From IMG/VR virus record IMGVR_UViG_3300050159_000048: 64,000 nt of DNA. One strand, given 5' to 3'. The notes beneath the pieces were generated by a model, which ran no database searches, was not told the origin of the DNA, and saw nothing but the letters and a program-made list of their open reading frames with translations. The translations under genes and the position numbers were made by a program. Positions 8,934 to 18,977 of the stretch are shown piece after piece. Position 1 is the first letter of the stretch; every line of letters begins with the position of its first letter. The stretch comes from a virus (Duplodnaviria > Caudoviricetes).

Positions 8934-8954
8934 TCTGAATTCCTGAGTCCTAGG

Positions 8955-8982
8955 AAAAGAGCGGTCACTTGACCGCTCTTTT
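8955..8982. terminator. intrinsic terminator
   Basis: AAAAGAGCGGTC-ACTT-GACCGCTCTTTT. Confidence 0.85.
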
Positions 8983-9025
8983 CGTTTGGCAAACGATAAA
9001 TACAGCATTACACAGGAACTACCCA

Positions 9026-9628
9026 ATGAAATTGCTACGAGAACTCCTAACTGATGTCAAACGCCTTGATGATCCGTCGTCGGACATAGAAACAGATGAT
9101 TTGGATCAGTTGCTTGCTGATTACGAGCAGGGAGAGAGCGGTGTCCCGAATGAAGAGTCCCCAGAAGGTGATGATGAGCTAGACTTGGATCTAGGCGACG
9201 ACGTTCCGTCTGATGACGACAACATGGGGGTTGAATTTGATTCGTCCTCTCCGCCTAGCAGTGGAGAAGAGTCCCCAGAAGGTGATGATGAGCTAGACTT
9301 GGATCTAGGTGATGAAGGGCTGGGCGGTGATGAGGACATGGATCAGTTGGCGCAACAAGCTACAGAAGATCCTGATCGTGCTGGTGTGATTCGCACAGTG
9401 AAGAACTCACACTTGGTATACAAACGCCAAGCAGAAGATGGTACTTACGACGAACTGTGGGTATACAACGTCAAAGAGTTTGACCCCACTCTACAGGTCA
9501 AGAAGGCAATTCTAGCGGGGACAGACATTCCCCCTGGCAAGTTGCAGTCTGCTGATGGTAAGCAGACTTATACCTCATGGGCTTCAGGTAACGCAGAAAT
9601 GCTGTTGATCAAGGGGTTACCTAACTGA
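9026..9628 (+). CDS. acidic late protein (putative head protein)
   Basis: MKLLRELL start, TAAATA 8997-9002, D/E-rich N-terminal half. Confidence 0.6.
   Translation: MKLLRELLTDVKRLDDPSSDIETDDLDQLLADYEQGESGVPNEESPEGDDELDLDLGDDVPSDDDNMGVEFDSSSPPSSGEESPEGDDELDLDLGDEGLGGDEDMDQLAQQATEDPDRAGVIRTVKNSHLVYKRQAEDGTYDELWVYNVKEFDPTLQVKKAILAGTDIPPGKLQSADGKQTYTSWASGNAEMLLIKGLPN
9152..9309 (+). repeat. exact 44-bp direct repeat
   Basis: GAAGAGTCCCCAGAAGGTGATGATGAGCTAGACTTGGATCTAGG at 9152-9195 and 9266-9309. Confidence 0.95.
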
Positions 9629-9694
9629 TTGTTGTCTTTACGCTTCTGTTTGTAGATAATCCGGTAACGCATAAAATTACAACAGGAGCGTACC

Positions 9695-9964
9695 ATGGAA
9701 CAACAATCATCACCCACAGAACAATCCACAATCAATCAAGAAGCTCGGGATGAGCGCCGGTCCGTGTGGAAGGGTGCAATTGAGCAGGAATTGCAGAGCC
9801 TAATTACCCAAGCTGCAGGAATTCGGCAGCGTATCTCTACCGCAAAAACAGCCACCAAGCGTACGTACTACCAGAAGAAATTCAATAAGATTTCACCCCA
9901 GGTGATGCAGATGGTTGCTGCACTTGAGCGCCTCAACGCCGACAACGGAGACAAAGTTGCATGA
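9695..9964 (+). CDS. hypothetical helical protein
   Basis: AGGAG SD, 89 aa. Confidence 0.65.
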   Translation: MEQQSSPTEQSTINQEARDERRSVWKGAIEQELQSLITQAAGIRQRISTAKTATKRTYYQKKFNKISPQVMQMVAALERLNADNGDKVA

Positions 9965-10371
9965 TTACTCCAGCAGACCAACGTCCAAAGAAGTTTGAGG
10001 ATGTCGAGATTGTAACTGCTAAGATGGAGTTTATCAATCAGGTATACGAAGCGGCCGCAACCATTGCGTATACCGAATACGGGCAGATTAACCCTGCAGA
10101 CGTGGCTCAAGCAGCCCGCATGTTGGTATTAGCCCAAAAGATTCATGTGAATGAATCTGTTACTGTTAGTGATAAGGGATTCAAAGTTATCATCAACGCA
10201 TCAACCGTTGATGATAACACATCAATGAACGCGTTTCGTATGATTTTGAAAGCCCTGAATCAGCTGGATGGATCGCATGGAACGATGATGTTCGGCGATC
10301 CTGTGAGATTTACACTCGCTGAAGTTCCAGAGTTGAGCGCGATGGAGTTGCTATCATCTGCTCCCTTGTAA
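9961..10371 (+). CDS. hypothetical protein
   Basis: ATGA overlap with previous gene. Confidence 0.6.
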   Translation: MITPADQRPKKFEDVEIVTAKMEFINQVYEAAATIAYTEYGQINPADVAQAARMLVLAQKIHVNESVTVSDKGFKVIINASTVDDNTSMNAFRMILKALNQLDGSHGTMMFGDPVRFTLAEVPELSAMELLSSAPL

Positions 10372-11161
10372 CAACATCCATTAGGGTTTGCAGATAATAC
10401 AACACTTCCCAGATGTTAGGAACCAGGCGCTGCCTGTCGTATTCCATATATGGAGTGGAGAAGGCTTCAATCACCTTCTTCACTTCGGCTGCCTTGGAAT
10501 CATCATACCAATAGAACTTGACAATATCAAACTTGTCGCGTTCCCACCACTCCTTTAGTGCTCCAAGCCCCATTGGCTCAACGCCAATAAGCACGACGTT
10601 TTGAGGGGTGCCCTGTTCGTGTACCAAGTACATGACTTGCGTTCGAGCAATCTCTTTCTTTGCTTCTACGATAGCAGCTTGGCGGTTACCCAGCCAATAG
10701 CTCCAGCCCCGCCACTCTTTATACACCAAATCTGGTCGAGCGGGAAGATCGTCAGGCAGATTCCCTGGCATGCGAGCCCAAACCAGCCACTCGTTCATGG
10801 TCTGGAGCTTTAGTTTGTGCACGTACTGGATCGCCTCAATCATTGGGCGCCAAGAGATAGTTGACCGCTTGTTAAACTCGTTGTTTGTGCCTAAGAAGTC
10901 ATTCCAAGACACCCACTCCTTCGTGTATACACGGTACGGAAATTTGGGTATAGTTTTTGGCTTCTCACGCTCCCACCATTCCTGAAACTTACCGCGCGAC
11001 GGCAGCATTTGCTCCCGCATGAACGTACGAGCCTCATCCCACGGAAGGTAGTTCGTGTTGCGACGCCCTGATACCTTTGGTTTGGTCTTCTCTGCAATGC
11101 GAGCGTCGATTTCCTCGTCCGTCAACTCGTCTTCAGGCACGTACTTTGCTGTATCGTTCAT
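10310..11161 (-). CDS. protein with two Trp-rich repeat units (integrase-repeat type), putative DNA binding
   Basis: two copies of EA..........W......P..P...Y.EW..W..(F/W)LG. Confidence 0.5.
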   Translation of the reverse strand: MNDTAKYVPEDELTDEEIDARIAEKTKPKVSGRRNTNYLPWDEARTFMREQMLPSRGKFQEWWEREKPKTIPKFPYRVYTKEWVSWNDFLGTNNEFNKRSTISWRPMIEAIQYVHKLKLQTMNEWLVWARMPGNLPDDLPARPDLVYKEWRGWSYWLGNRQAAIVEAKKEIARTQVMYLVHEQGTPQNVVLIGVEPMGLGALKEWWERDKFDIVKFYWYDDSKAAEVKKVIEAFSTPYMEYDRQRLVPNIWEVLYYLQTLMDVVTREQMIATPSRSTLELQRV

Positions 11162-11747
11162 TCACTTTATCCCAGTTAACAACATTCCACCACTTGTCAA
11201 TGTATCCAGCACGGTCAGCAGGATACTGGAGGTAGTGCGCGTGCTCCCACAGATCACAAGCAAGGAGTAGCGTAACCCCGTCTTCTGTGAGTGGGCATCC
11301 ACCATTGGGTGTTGTTTTGATTTGCAGTTCGCCTTTATAAACTACGAGCCAACACCACCCCGAGCCAAATAACCCCGTGGCCTTTTCGACAAATTGTTTC
11401 ACAAATTTGTCATACGATCCGAACTTCTCATCGATCGCTTTCTTCAGCTCGTCTGACGGTTTCCCAACCGAATCCGAAGACGTCATACCATCCCAGTAAA
11501 AAGTATGATTAAATGCTTGAGTGACATTGTTGAAGAACTTGGAATCTACTCGCTTGATCAAATCTTTTGAGATGATATCTTCAAGATCCCACCGCGCATA
11601 CATGGTATCCTTAGCAAGCTCATTTGCCGTATCGTAATACTTGCGAGTATGCTTATCGTAATGATACTCAACAACTTCCTTGGATAGGTGCGGCTCCAGA
11701 GCGTTTTTAGCGTATGGAAGCGCTGGCATTTTGTAGGTCATTGGCAA
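11133..11747 (-). CDS. sodB: Fe/Mn superoxide dismutase, probably Fe-type
   Basis: LPYAKNALEP, HYDKH, TQAFNHTFYW, FGSGWCWL, DLWEHA (all four metal ligands present). Confidence 0.93.
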   Translation of the reverse strand: MPMTYKMPALPYAKNALEPHLSKEVVEYHYDKHTRKYYDTANELAKDTMYARWDLEDIISKDLIKRVDSKFFNNVTQAFNHTFYWDGMTSSDSVGKPSDELKKAIDEKFGSYDKFVKQFVEKATGLFGSGWCWLVVYKGELQIKTTPNGGCPLTEDGVTLLLACDLWEHAHYLQYPADRAGYIDKWWNVVNWDKVNERYSKVRA

Positions 11748-11845
11748 CTCCTTTGAGATTATTTACAGTCTCAAAAAACGGGGATGCCTAATACCAATCG
11801 TTAGGGTACGAGTGTAAATAGCTCTGCCTAACGGAGAACAATTAC

Positions 11846-12346
11846 ATGCCGGCTGCAAAGAAAACAACCACCAAGACACCCAAGACTCAAACCGCAGAGA
11901 AAAAGAATGCTCCGTTGGTGGTCGAGCCACATCCTAAAGAGTATGCAGGGTTTCCGTTTATCACACTAATACAATATCGCAAACAGCCAATGCTGGCGAT
12001 CGTGGATAATGTGGATGATGACACAATCAAGGCGTTCGTGCTTGATCTGTGCGGACCTGAACAGGTCAATGAAGAAACGATTATTTCAATCGCAGCAGAG
12101 TGGGAAGCTGAGTCAAAGGCCCAATATCCCCTGTCGATTGAGTTCTCACGTCGGGGATTGACGCCAATTACGTCCAAAATCTACCGAGCAATGAGCCTGG
12201 AATTTGTATCGCGGGTGATCGGTCCTGTACCTCGCTACCCCATGGATGCTGTTAAGAGCATCAAGCGCCGCCGTCGTAAGCCGATCAGCAACGCTTTGGT
12301 ACAATCAATGTCAGCGGCTCCGTTATTTGAGCAACTCACGAAGTAA
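11846..12346 (+). CDS. hypothetical late protein
   Basis: GGAG SD, TAAATA 11815-11820. Confidence 0.65.
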   Translation: MPAAKKTTTKTPKTQTAEKKNAPLVVEPHPKEYAGFPFITLIQYRKQPMLAIVDNVDDDTIKAFVLDLCGPEQVNEETIISIAAEWEAESKAQYPLSIEFSRRGLTPITSKIYRAMSLEFVSRVIGPVPRYPMDAVKSIKRRRRKPISNALVQSMSAAPLFEQLTK

Positions 12347-12757
12347 TGCGAACGATTCCATATTGAGATCGTTCCCCAATGCGGAGGGATCGTTCTCGAA
12401 TTCTTCGCCTCCAATATCAAAATCCATGTCATCGGGGGACGACATGGAATCACCTGGAGTCATAGCTGGTGATCCGTTTGATTGATCGCCCACTAGTTGT
12501 TGACCCACATCAGTCAGTTGACCTGACTGATCAATGATGTTTGAATCTTGAGCCAATGTCCGACCTGAGTCGGTCAACTCTGCGCGTTCAGCAGTACCGG
12601 TAACCGCTCCAAGTCGCATCAGCATATCCCGCGCATTAACAAGGTTTTGCGATCCACTAAGTCGCTGCGATGCAATGGTTGGATTGTCCGTACTAGCCAG
12701 GATGGCCAGAACGCGTTGTTGGTGGTTGGTAGGACGAAGAGTGTTTAGAATGCGCAT
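12323..12757 (-). CDS. hypothetical late protein
   Basis: GGAG SD before MRILNTL; exact TATAAATA at 12777-12784 (minus strand). Confidence 0.6.
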   Translation of the reverse strand: MRILNTLRPTNHQQRVLAILASTDNPTIASQRLSGSQNLVNARDMLMRLGAVTGTAERAELTDSGRTLAQDSNIIDQSGQLTDVGQQLVGDQSNGSPAMTPGDSMSSPDDMDFDIGGEEFENDPSALGNDLNMESFALLRELLK

Positions 12758-12779
12758 GTGAGCTCCGGTAATCACATAT

Positions 12780-13352
12780 TTATAACCGACCCTGCGCAAT
12801 GAGGTGTAACTGAAGGATAATGGTTAACGCATATGAAATAGCGTGGCCCCTCTTGAAAGCGTATGAACCTTCAATCTTTTCGTACAGTTTATCCCGGGTT
12901 TTGGCCTTATTTCGCATGTATTCCGCTAGCAATTTACGCTTACCCGGACGAATAATAGCCAATACGTCGGCAAGTTCTTGTACAGACGTTGGTTTCATCG
13001 TCTGGAGCAAATCTGCATGTTTACCAATGTGAAGCAGTCGTTCGACGACTGCTTGGTCTTGCAGCATGTCCCAGTCTGGCTCCTTCTTACAGAGCGTACG
13101 AAGTTCCGTCTTGTCTTTGACTACATCCAAACAAGATAGATGCAAGAAGTCAATCTTAAAGTAGCCCAAATCAGCTGCCTGGTCGTAAGGGATTGCAGCA
13201 ACGTTGGTGTATGGATCAACAGGGATGCTCTGAAAATAGTGTCCACAGTTGTGTTTGACAAGTTCGCCGTTGCGCACCATAGACGCAGGGATCGCCTGCT
13301 TCATGATGGTGCGTGGGTCGAAAGCGGTAGGGAAGTCGATGTCAATATCCAT
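12780..13352 (-). CDS. dnaE: DNA polymerase III alpha-like fragment (catalytic palm/fingers)
   Basis: MDIDIDF, HNCG, YFKIDFL, LAIIRPG, YAFKRGHAISYA. Confidence 0.85.
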   Translation of the reverse strand: MDIDIDFPTAFDPRTIMKQAIPASMVRNGELVKHNCGHYFQSIPVDPYTNVAAIPYDQAADLGYFKIDFLHLSCLDVVKDKTELRTLCKKEPDWDMLQDQAVVERLLHIGKHADLLQTMKPTSVQELADVLAIIRPGKRKLLAEYMRNKAKTRDKLYEKIEGSYAFKRGHAISYALTIILQLHLIAQGRL

Positions 13353-13395
13353 GTTGACATTGTACGGACTTTATATGTGGGTTGTCAAGTACCTG

Positions 13396-14691
13396 TTAAA
13401 AGGTTTCAGCCTTGATGCGGCGCCAGCCGTGTGTACCGTACACATACACATAATCACCGTCGGCAATCGTGTCGCCGATGTTACCAGGGGACGATGACGA
13501 CATTGGTACAGCTCGTGGCATCATAGGAGCAGAGAATACAAACTCCGTCCACCGGTAATCCGTCGCATACGAACCCTTACCATACTGACCTCGGAACGTG
13601 AATCCTCGACCAGCAAAGTACGACTCACCAGACCTCGTAGGTACGACCGCAACTGCGTCTGGTTCGCCCGGTAGTTCAAAGGAGAACTTCAGGGGAGAAA
13701 CAGAAGTCACTGTTGCAATCTGGCCAGCGCGACCCGACAAAGATCCACGCGGTTTGTTTGCGATCAATACAGTATCGGACGGCTCCAACATAACACCGAA
13801 CCGGTCACCAACAGTGACTGGTCGTTCTAGTACGGAGCGCCAGCCTGTTCCTGTGTGCTGAACTGCGTGGCCGTCCAACCCTTCCCATTCACCTTGTCCG
13901 TTGCTGGAGACAATGAAGGTAAAGTTGTAGGCGTCGTCACGCTCCATCTCAGGAGGTGTTGATAATTGGTCATCGAACAGGTTCGGGTCATAGATGGGTA
14001 GACGCCAAATCACACCGTTCACGAAACTGTCAACGTACTGCTTATTAACAGCGTGTTGAGCGTGAGTTGCTGGCTCTGACAGCTGCAGGCATTTGAAGGT
14101 TTCTGGGAATACAATTGCTTCGTCGGTACTATCCGCACCCAAGCCAATCCATTCTTCTCCGTCCCACACTCGCATCAACTTGATTGACGTGTCGTACCAC
14201 AGCTGTCCGACTAGTGGTGAAACGGGAGGTTGATCATGTGCGAAGTTCTCCAGCATGAATACTAGATTCTGCTGTACCGCTTCACCCCACGACATCCGTT
14301 TACCGTACGTTGATGACCCCTGCCCGAGAAGCAGAAGTGATGTTGCTGGCTTCGGAACAGAATAAGTTAGGGTTAATGGAGCATGGCCAACAACCTCAAT
14401 ATTGGTGCGTTCAATCTTTTCACGCACAGGAATGATCGTTTTGTCATGCTCAAGCATGCTTTGACCATTCACAGTGTACGCGCCAGCTGTAGTTGGATCA
14501 CCATCAACGTTAAACTCAAACCCGTCAACAAAACGAGCGGTAAAATCACCAGAAATGACGAAGTGGTGCACCCCATCAACTGTGTATAACTTTGTGGGCT
14601 GTGCTGTAGACAGATTGTTCGTGCCGTTTGATTCAAACGGCAGAATGTTAGCCACATCAACGCCAGAAGATAACTTAATAGAATAGCTCAT
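13396..14691 (-). CDS. virion structural / tail-associated protein
   Basis: WGEAVQQNLVFMLENFA..P..P..GQLWYD module shared with other fibre genes in the window. Confidence 0.65.
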   Translation of the reverse strand: MSYSIKLSSGVDVANILPFESNGTNNLSTAQPTKLYTVDGVHHFVISGDFTARFVDGFEFNVDGDPTTAGAYTVNGQSMLEHDKTIIPVREKIERTNIEVVGHAPLTLTYSVPKPATSLLLLGQGSSTYGKRMSWGEAVQQNLVFMLENFAHDQPPVSPLVGQLWYDTSIKLMRVWDGEEWIGLGADSTDEAIVFPETFKCLQLSEPATHAQHAVNKQYVDSFVNGVIWRLPIYDPNLFDDQLSTPPEMERDDAYNFTFIVSSNGQGEWEGLDGHAVQHTGTGWRSVLERPVTVGDRFGVMLEPSDTVLIANKPRGSLSGRAGQIATVTSVSPLKFSFELPGEPDAVAVVPTRSGESYFAGRGFTFRGQYGKGSYATDYRWTEFVFSAPMMPRAVPMSSSSPGNIGDTIADGDYVYVYGTHGWRRIKAETF

Positions 14692-16520
14692 ACGCCTGGA
14701 TGGATTAGCACCTCAATCAATGTTCCCACTGCTGGTGCGGTCGCGAACACGATCGAGTTAGATGTATCACCAACCGATCCAACTTCTTGGTATGCTAGAG
14801 CGCGTGGTGGTGTGCTGGTGGAAGTTTGTGATTGAAGAGTAGTGATACTGGTGAACAAGTTCGATCCAGAAGACGGTGCTGTGATCACAACAGCGGATGT
14901 CGGACCGTACACGTCGGATGTTAAGTACAACTCTAAGAACGTACGACGCTGCTCCATGGTAACGGAGATCGATAGCGAGGCTGCTGTGAGTGCCGCATCA
15001 ATCAACATAAACAGCTCACCGTATGTTGGTTGTGATGCAATTGATATGGTGACTGGTACAGCAGCCGCACCGTTCAGCGCTACGTCAAAACCGTACACGC
15101 CAGCTGACAACCCGGTTACTCGCGTATCAATTGCTAGCGGGTCAGTGTGGCTGAATTTAGCCGTTGCCACGCCACGCTCAGACATGTACTTCTTATTGCC
15201 GTCAACAAACACTTGCAACCGATTCGATCCAACGTCATAAGTCTCACCCAAGTTGAAAGTTGTTGTAGTACCGTCGCCATCAATTAGCAGACGGTGGACG
15301 CCGCGGTAAAGTTCTGATACACTCTGATCGAGAATCTGAACAGCGGTGTAAAGCGGAATAAGAGGGTAGCCTGGGGTGCTGTCGGCATTAGCTGCAATCA
15401 CACTACGCGCATACGGCACGGTCATGTTGTAAATGACGGAAGATGCTTCGTGGGTGTGAGTAAACGGAGCCATTTGACCCGAAACAACAACGTCAGCCAT
15501 ACCTGTGCGCGAAAGTGTCAGCAAGCCTGTAGCTGAGCTGTATGAACCAGCATCAACCACGCCGTCGCTTGTACCGCCACCACCAATGCCAGAAACAGCT
15601 GTTGAGATTGCTGTATCAACATAAATCTTGTTGGTTGCGTCTGTGTTGGCGGCAGGATCACCAACAGATTGCAGGCGACGATCGCCAAACGACAACGCGC
15701 CTGTACCAGCGCTAACAAAGATGCCTGCGGCAGTGTCTAGCGTCAGAATACCGGTAATGGTGTCACCGGTCTTGAGTACGCGGTCGTTAACCGTTGCAGT
15801 GACGGCGTTAACGTCGGTGGTCAATTGTGAGTCAGATGCTTGACGATCGGAGGTCTCAGTAACCAACGCAGCTTGTACAGCAGCCACTTGTTGGTCAACA
15901 TACGCCTTGTTTGGAACGTCAATGTTTTGCGTTGGGGCGTCAGCGACAGTAATTACTGTGCCAGAACTTGCTACAATTGAACCAGTCGCTAGAGTCACCG
16001 TACCGTTTACCGTACCACCAGACGTACGCAGGTATCGTGCATCACCTGTCTGCATGTTCAAGGCATCGGTTGCCAGTACAGCATCGCCAAGACCGGTGAT
16101 CCGGTTGCCTGTTAGGTTTAGAATACCCGCAAACGAGGTCATCATTGCCACCCAGCCAGTACCGCCCCATACGTACATGCCTTGTGTCGTTGGGTCGCTT
16201 GGGTAGTTTGGATCTACATAGTCAGCGTTCTTGTACCACATCTGACCCTGCATTGGTGACAAGGGGCGAGACTTGTATGCAAAGTTCTCTGTCAAGTACA
16301 CTAAGTTGTGTTGGATCAACTCACCGTAGTCGGTGATGCCTCGGCCGGCCAGTACCAGCGATGAGTTTGATGTGACAGCGGTTGCGCCTGATGCTGAATT
16401 TACGTACAGGGCAGGAGACCACGGCAGTTGGGTGCCGTCAATCTGGAAAGGCTGGACAATGAATGACCCATTCGCAGGGTCTGTGTGCTGAAATACGTAA
16501 CTCATCTGAGCGAACTCCAA
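14688..16520 (-). CDS. tail fibre-like protein
   Basis: YGELIQHNLVYLTENFA..P..GQMWY module, DAxNKxYVD repeats, T/S/G-rich; TAAATA 16533-16538. Confidence 0.7.
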   Translation of the reverse strand: MEFAQMSYVFQHTDPANGSFIVQPFQIDGTQLPWSPALYVNSASGATAVTSNSSLVLAGRGITDYGELIQHNLVYLTENFAYKSRPLSPMQGQMWYKNADYVDPNYPSDPTTQGMYVWGGTGWVAMMTSFAGILNLTGNRITGLGDAVLATDALNMQTGDARYLRTSGGTVNGTVTLATGSIVASSGTVITVADAPTQNIDVPNKAYVDQQVAAVQAALVTETSDRQASDSQLTTDVNAVTATVNDRVLKTGDTITGILTLDTAAGIFVSAGTGALSFGDRRLQSVGDPAANTDATNKIYVDTAISTAVSGIGGGGTSDGVVDAGSYSSATGLLTLSRTGMADVVVSGQMAPFTHTHEASSVIYNMTVPYARSVIAANADSTPGYPLIPLYTAVQILDQSVSELYRGVHRLLIDGDGTTTTFNLGETYDVGSNRLQVFVDGNKKYMSERGVATAKFSHTDPLAIDTRVTGLSAGVYGFDVALNGAAAVPVTISIASQPTYGELFMLIDAALTAASLSISVTMEQRRTFLELYLTSDVYGPTSAVVITAPSSGSNLFTSITTLQSQTSTSTPPRALAYQEVGSVGDTSNSIVFATAPAVGTLIEVLIHPGV

Positions 16521-16554
16521 AGATATGTTACGTATTTATGCCCCGGTTAGGCGC

Positions 16555-17838
16555 TCAACTCACCTTTTCAACGTCTCCACCAAATGCCAGCTTGAATGCG
16601 GCCAGCTGAATTGCTCGGTAGTGAGTCTTTTCAATCGCGCAATTAGTATACCACACGTCCTGTCCCAGGTCCAACGGGCATGAACTCTTGCACAACAGAC
16701 GAACCTCACACGATCCGCAATGATCGTCTCGGTTTAGGTTGACACTCTGAATGCGAATGCCTTTGATAAACATCAGGTTTCCGCCGTTATACGACTCGTC
16801 TACGTTTTGACAAGTGCGAACGTTCCCCATCATATCCATAGTGATAAGGCGACTGTCATCAACACCGCAATTCGACTTCAGTAGAGGTTTCTTTTGCGAT
16901 TGCAGTGACCGTGCGTACGGCAGCACTCCCATACCGGTATGAAACAGGTTGTTTGCAAGCAGTGCGCCCTCTCTTGTCTCACCGTACTGTCGGTATTGAT
17001 CCAGATGCGCATCCAAATACCGTGTCAGTATTTCGCGGTACTTCGGGATATCGTCACCTGTGATCACATGCATTGTTGAATTCTCTGTCATCTCCTTGTC
17101 ATATACACGACCGAGTTCGTAACTTAGCTGCTTACGTGGCAGCTGATTACGGTCAAGATAGTCAACAAAGAAGTCGTTAATGCGAAACAGATCGTAATTT
17201 GTGCGGCTAATCACAGGGTTAAAGCTGTACTGCACTTGTTGTGGGCACTCTTCTGCGATCTGCTGAAACACTTCCACCTTTTTGTGAAGAAACTCCTTGC
17301 CACGTAGGGTCTCATGGCCGGGACCGTCGTGAGAGATACCCATCGCAACATTGCCCTTGAGCTGCTTGAAGAAATCAATATGTTTGCGATGTAGTGGCGT
17401 CCCATTGGTGGGGATGTACCACGTAATTCCCTCGCGGTCAAACCTCTCCATTAGTGGAACAATGTCATTCCAATACAAAAGAGTCTCTCCGCCCCACAGC
17501 TCAAACCTCACAAGCTCAGACAAATCCAGATGCCGCTCAATGTTCTTGATCAGGATCGGAGTGACGCCGTTTGCGGCTCGTTCGTTTGGATTACCAATGT
17601 CTTTCTGCATGCAATAACCGCAGCTGTAATTACAGCCTTGACCCAGAGAGATTTTAATCGTTTCTGGTTTCTTGGTTACGTGCAGCGCTCCAAATCGGTC
17701 CTTGAGTTGATCCCACTCCGGCGGCTCAGTAAACGGAGCCGTTAACGGCGTACCATCAACACTATACAGCCCGTTTGTCTTGTTGTCGTAGAGGAATTCT
17801 GTACCAGACGTGGATACTTTGAATTTGGTTGGATTCAT
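16555..17838 (-). CDS. radical SAM / SPASM-domain protein
   Basis: CNYSCGYC, LWGGETLL, SPASM cysteines SNCG..TCQ..HCGSCEVRLLCKSSCP..C. Confidence 0.9.
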   Translation of the reverse strand: MNPTKFKVSTSGTEFLYDNKTNGLYSVDGTPLTAPFTEPPEWDQLKDRFGALHVTKKPETIKISLGQGCNYSCGYCMQKDIGNPNERAANGVTPILIKNIERHLDLSELVRFELWGGETLLYWNDIVPLMERFDREGITWYIPTNGTPLHRKHIDFFKQLKGNVAMGISHDGPGHETLRGKEFLHKKVEVFQQIAEECPQQVQYSFNPVISRTNYDLFRINDFFVDYLDRNQLPRKQLSYELGRVYDKEMTENSTMHVITGDDIPKYREILTRYLDAHLDQYRQYGETREGALLANNLFHTGMGVLPYARSLQSQKKPLLKSNCGVDDSRLITMDMMGNVRTCQNVDESYNGGNLMFIKGIRIQSVNLNRDDHCGSCEVRLLCKSSCPLDLGQDVWYTNCAIEKTHYRAIQLAAFKLAFGGDVEKVS

Positions 17839-18977
17839 GGTTCAGGCTTTGTTATAGTGTACAGAGGAATTACTTGACCTTGCTTCGCTTGATCGCATGT
17901 AGTATCAAACAAACCGTATGGGGTTTCAACCCACCCCTGTTGATTCAGCAGCCTGTATATGCGCGTCCACGGTTTTAGCACCAGATTGGGTACAAAATTG
18001 AAATGTGGGTTTATGGTTACGGATTCTGACACAAATTTGAAGTAGTCGTAATGCTTGTTCTGTGTGGTTATTTCACGCACATATTGTGCGTATAGATCGA
18101 TCTTAGCTTGGAGACCGCGTGAAATGAAATGGTCAACATCATCTAGACTGTCTTTCATGATATCGAACCATGGTGTGCTCTTGCCGGACGTTGCTTGACT
18201 GAGCGTAAGGAAAACAGACGTGTATTGTAGGTACGTTACCTCCGTCAGCACCTGTTTTGGTTCTGAATCCTGAGCAAAAAAGTTGGTTTCTTGATAATCA
18301 ACAGATGCTAAGGATAGTACCTGATTCAATCCCTTGGTGATATCGTCGTGCACACCAACGTGGATATCCTTGCTGTGGGCAAACTCAACTAGTTTTGTAA
18401 CCGGTTCGGATGTTTCGCCACCGATTGTGCGCACAATTACCTTCAGTTTGAGTATTGGTGACCGCGCATGTAGCAGTTCCAATTTGGCAATAATGTCATC
18501 AACGATAGCGCCATTCTTTTTGCTCAGAAACACATCACTAAATGAGATTTCGTACACACTCCTAAAACGCAAGTCGTTCATCATAATCGAGTACTGCTGA
18601 ACAAATGCGTTGTCAGACATTTGCGTAGACACCATGCGGTGAGCGTGACGTACGTAGAATTCAAACAGTGCTGGATGATGATTCTTGAGCAGGTACAAAT
18701 CATCAATCGTGCTTACAGTGTCAAAGAAGTCAAAAAACCGAAGAATCTGACGCTCAGTTGCCTCATCTACCCCCGTTGGAATATACGGAGCAAACTGGTC
18801 ACTGGGTATCCAAGCGTCGCGCAGATAACACATCTGGCACCCCGCTTTGCACATATATCGTGAAAATATTGAGAACACCACCTCTCTGGACATGTTTTCT
18901 AGCGCATCGCCAGCAACAAAGTACTCTTTGAAGTTGTTGCTGGTTAATATCGAAGGTGTTACGTGCCTGTCACTCAT
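17835..18977 (-). CDS. divergent radical SAM protein without SPASM
   Basis: CKAGCQMC (CxxxCxxC) near N-terminus; no C-terminal Cys cluster. Confidence 0.65.
   Translation of the reverse strand: MSDRHVTPSILTSNNFKEYFVAGDALENMSREVVFSIFSRYMCKAGCQMCYLRDAWIPSDQFAPYIPTGVDEATERQILRFFDFFDTVSTIDDLYLLKNHHPALFEFYVRHAHRMVSTQMSDNAFVQQYSIMMNDLRFRSVYEISFSDVFLSKKNGAIVDDIIAKLELLHARSPILKLKVIVRTIGGETSEPVTKLVEFAHSKDIHVGVHDDITKGLNQVLSLASVDYQETNFFAQDSEPKQVLTEVTYLQYTSVFLTLSQATSGKSTPWFDIMKDSLDDVDHFISRGLQAKIDLYAQYVREITTQNKHYDYFKFVSESVTINPHFNFVPNLVLKPWTRIYRLLNQQGWVETPYGLFDTTCDQAKQGQVIPLYTITKPEP

Noticed and set aside
9152-9309. Direct repeat as CRISPR or att site
   Set aside because: Only two copies, both inside one coding sequence and encoding the same peptide.
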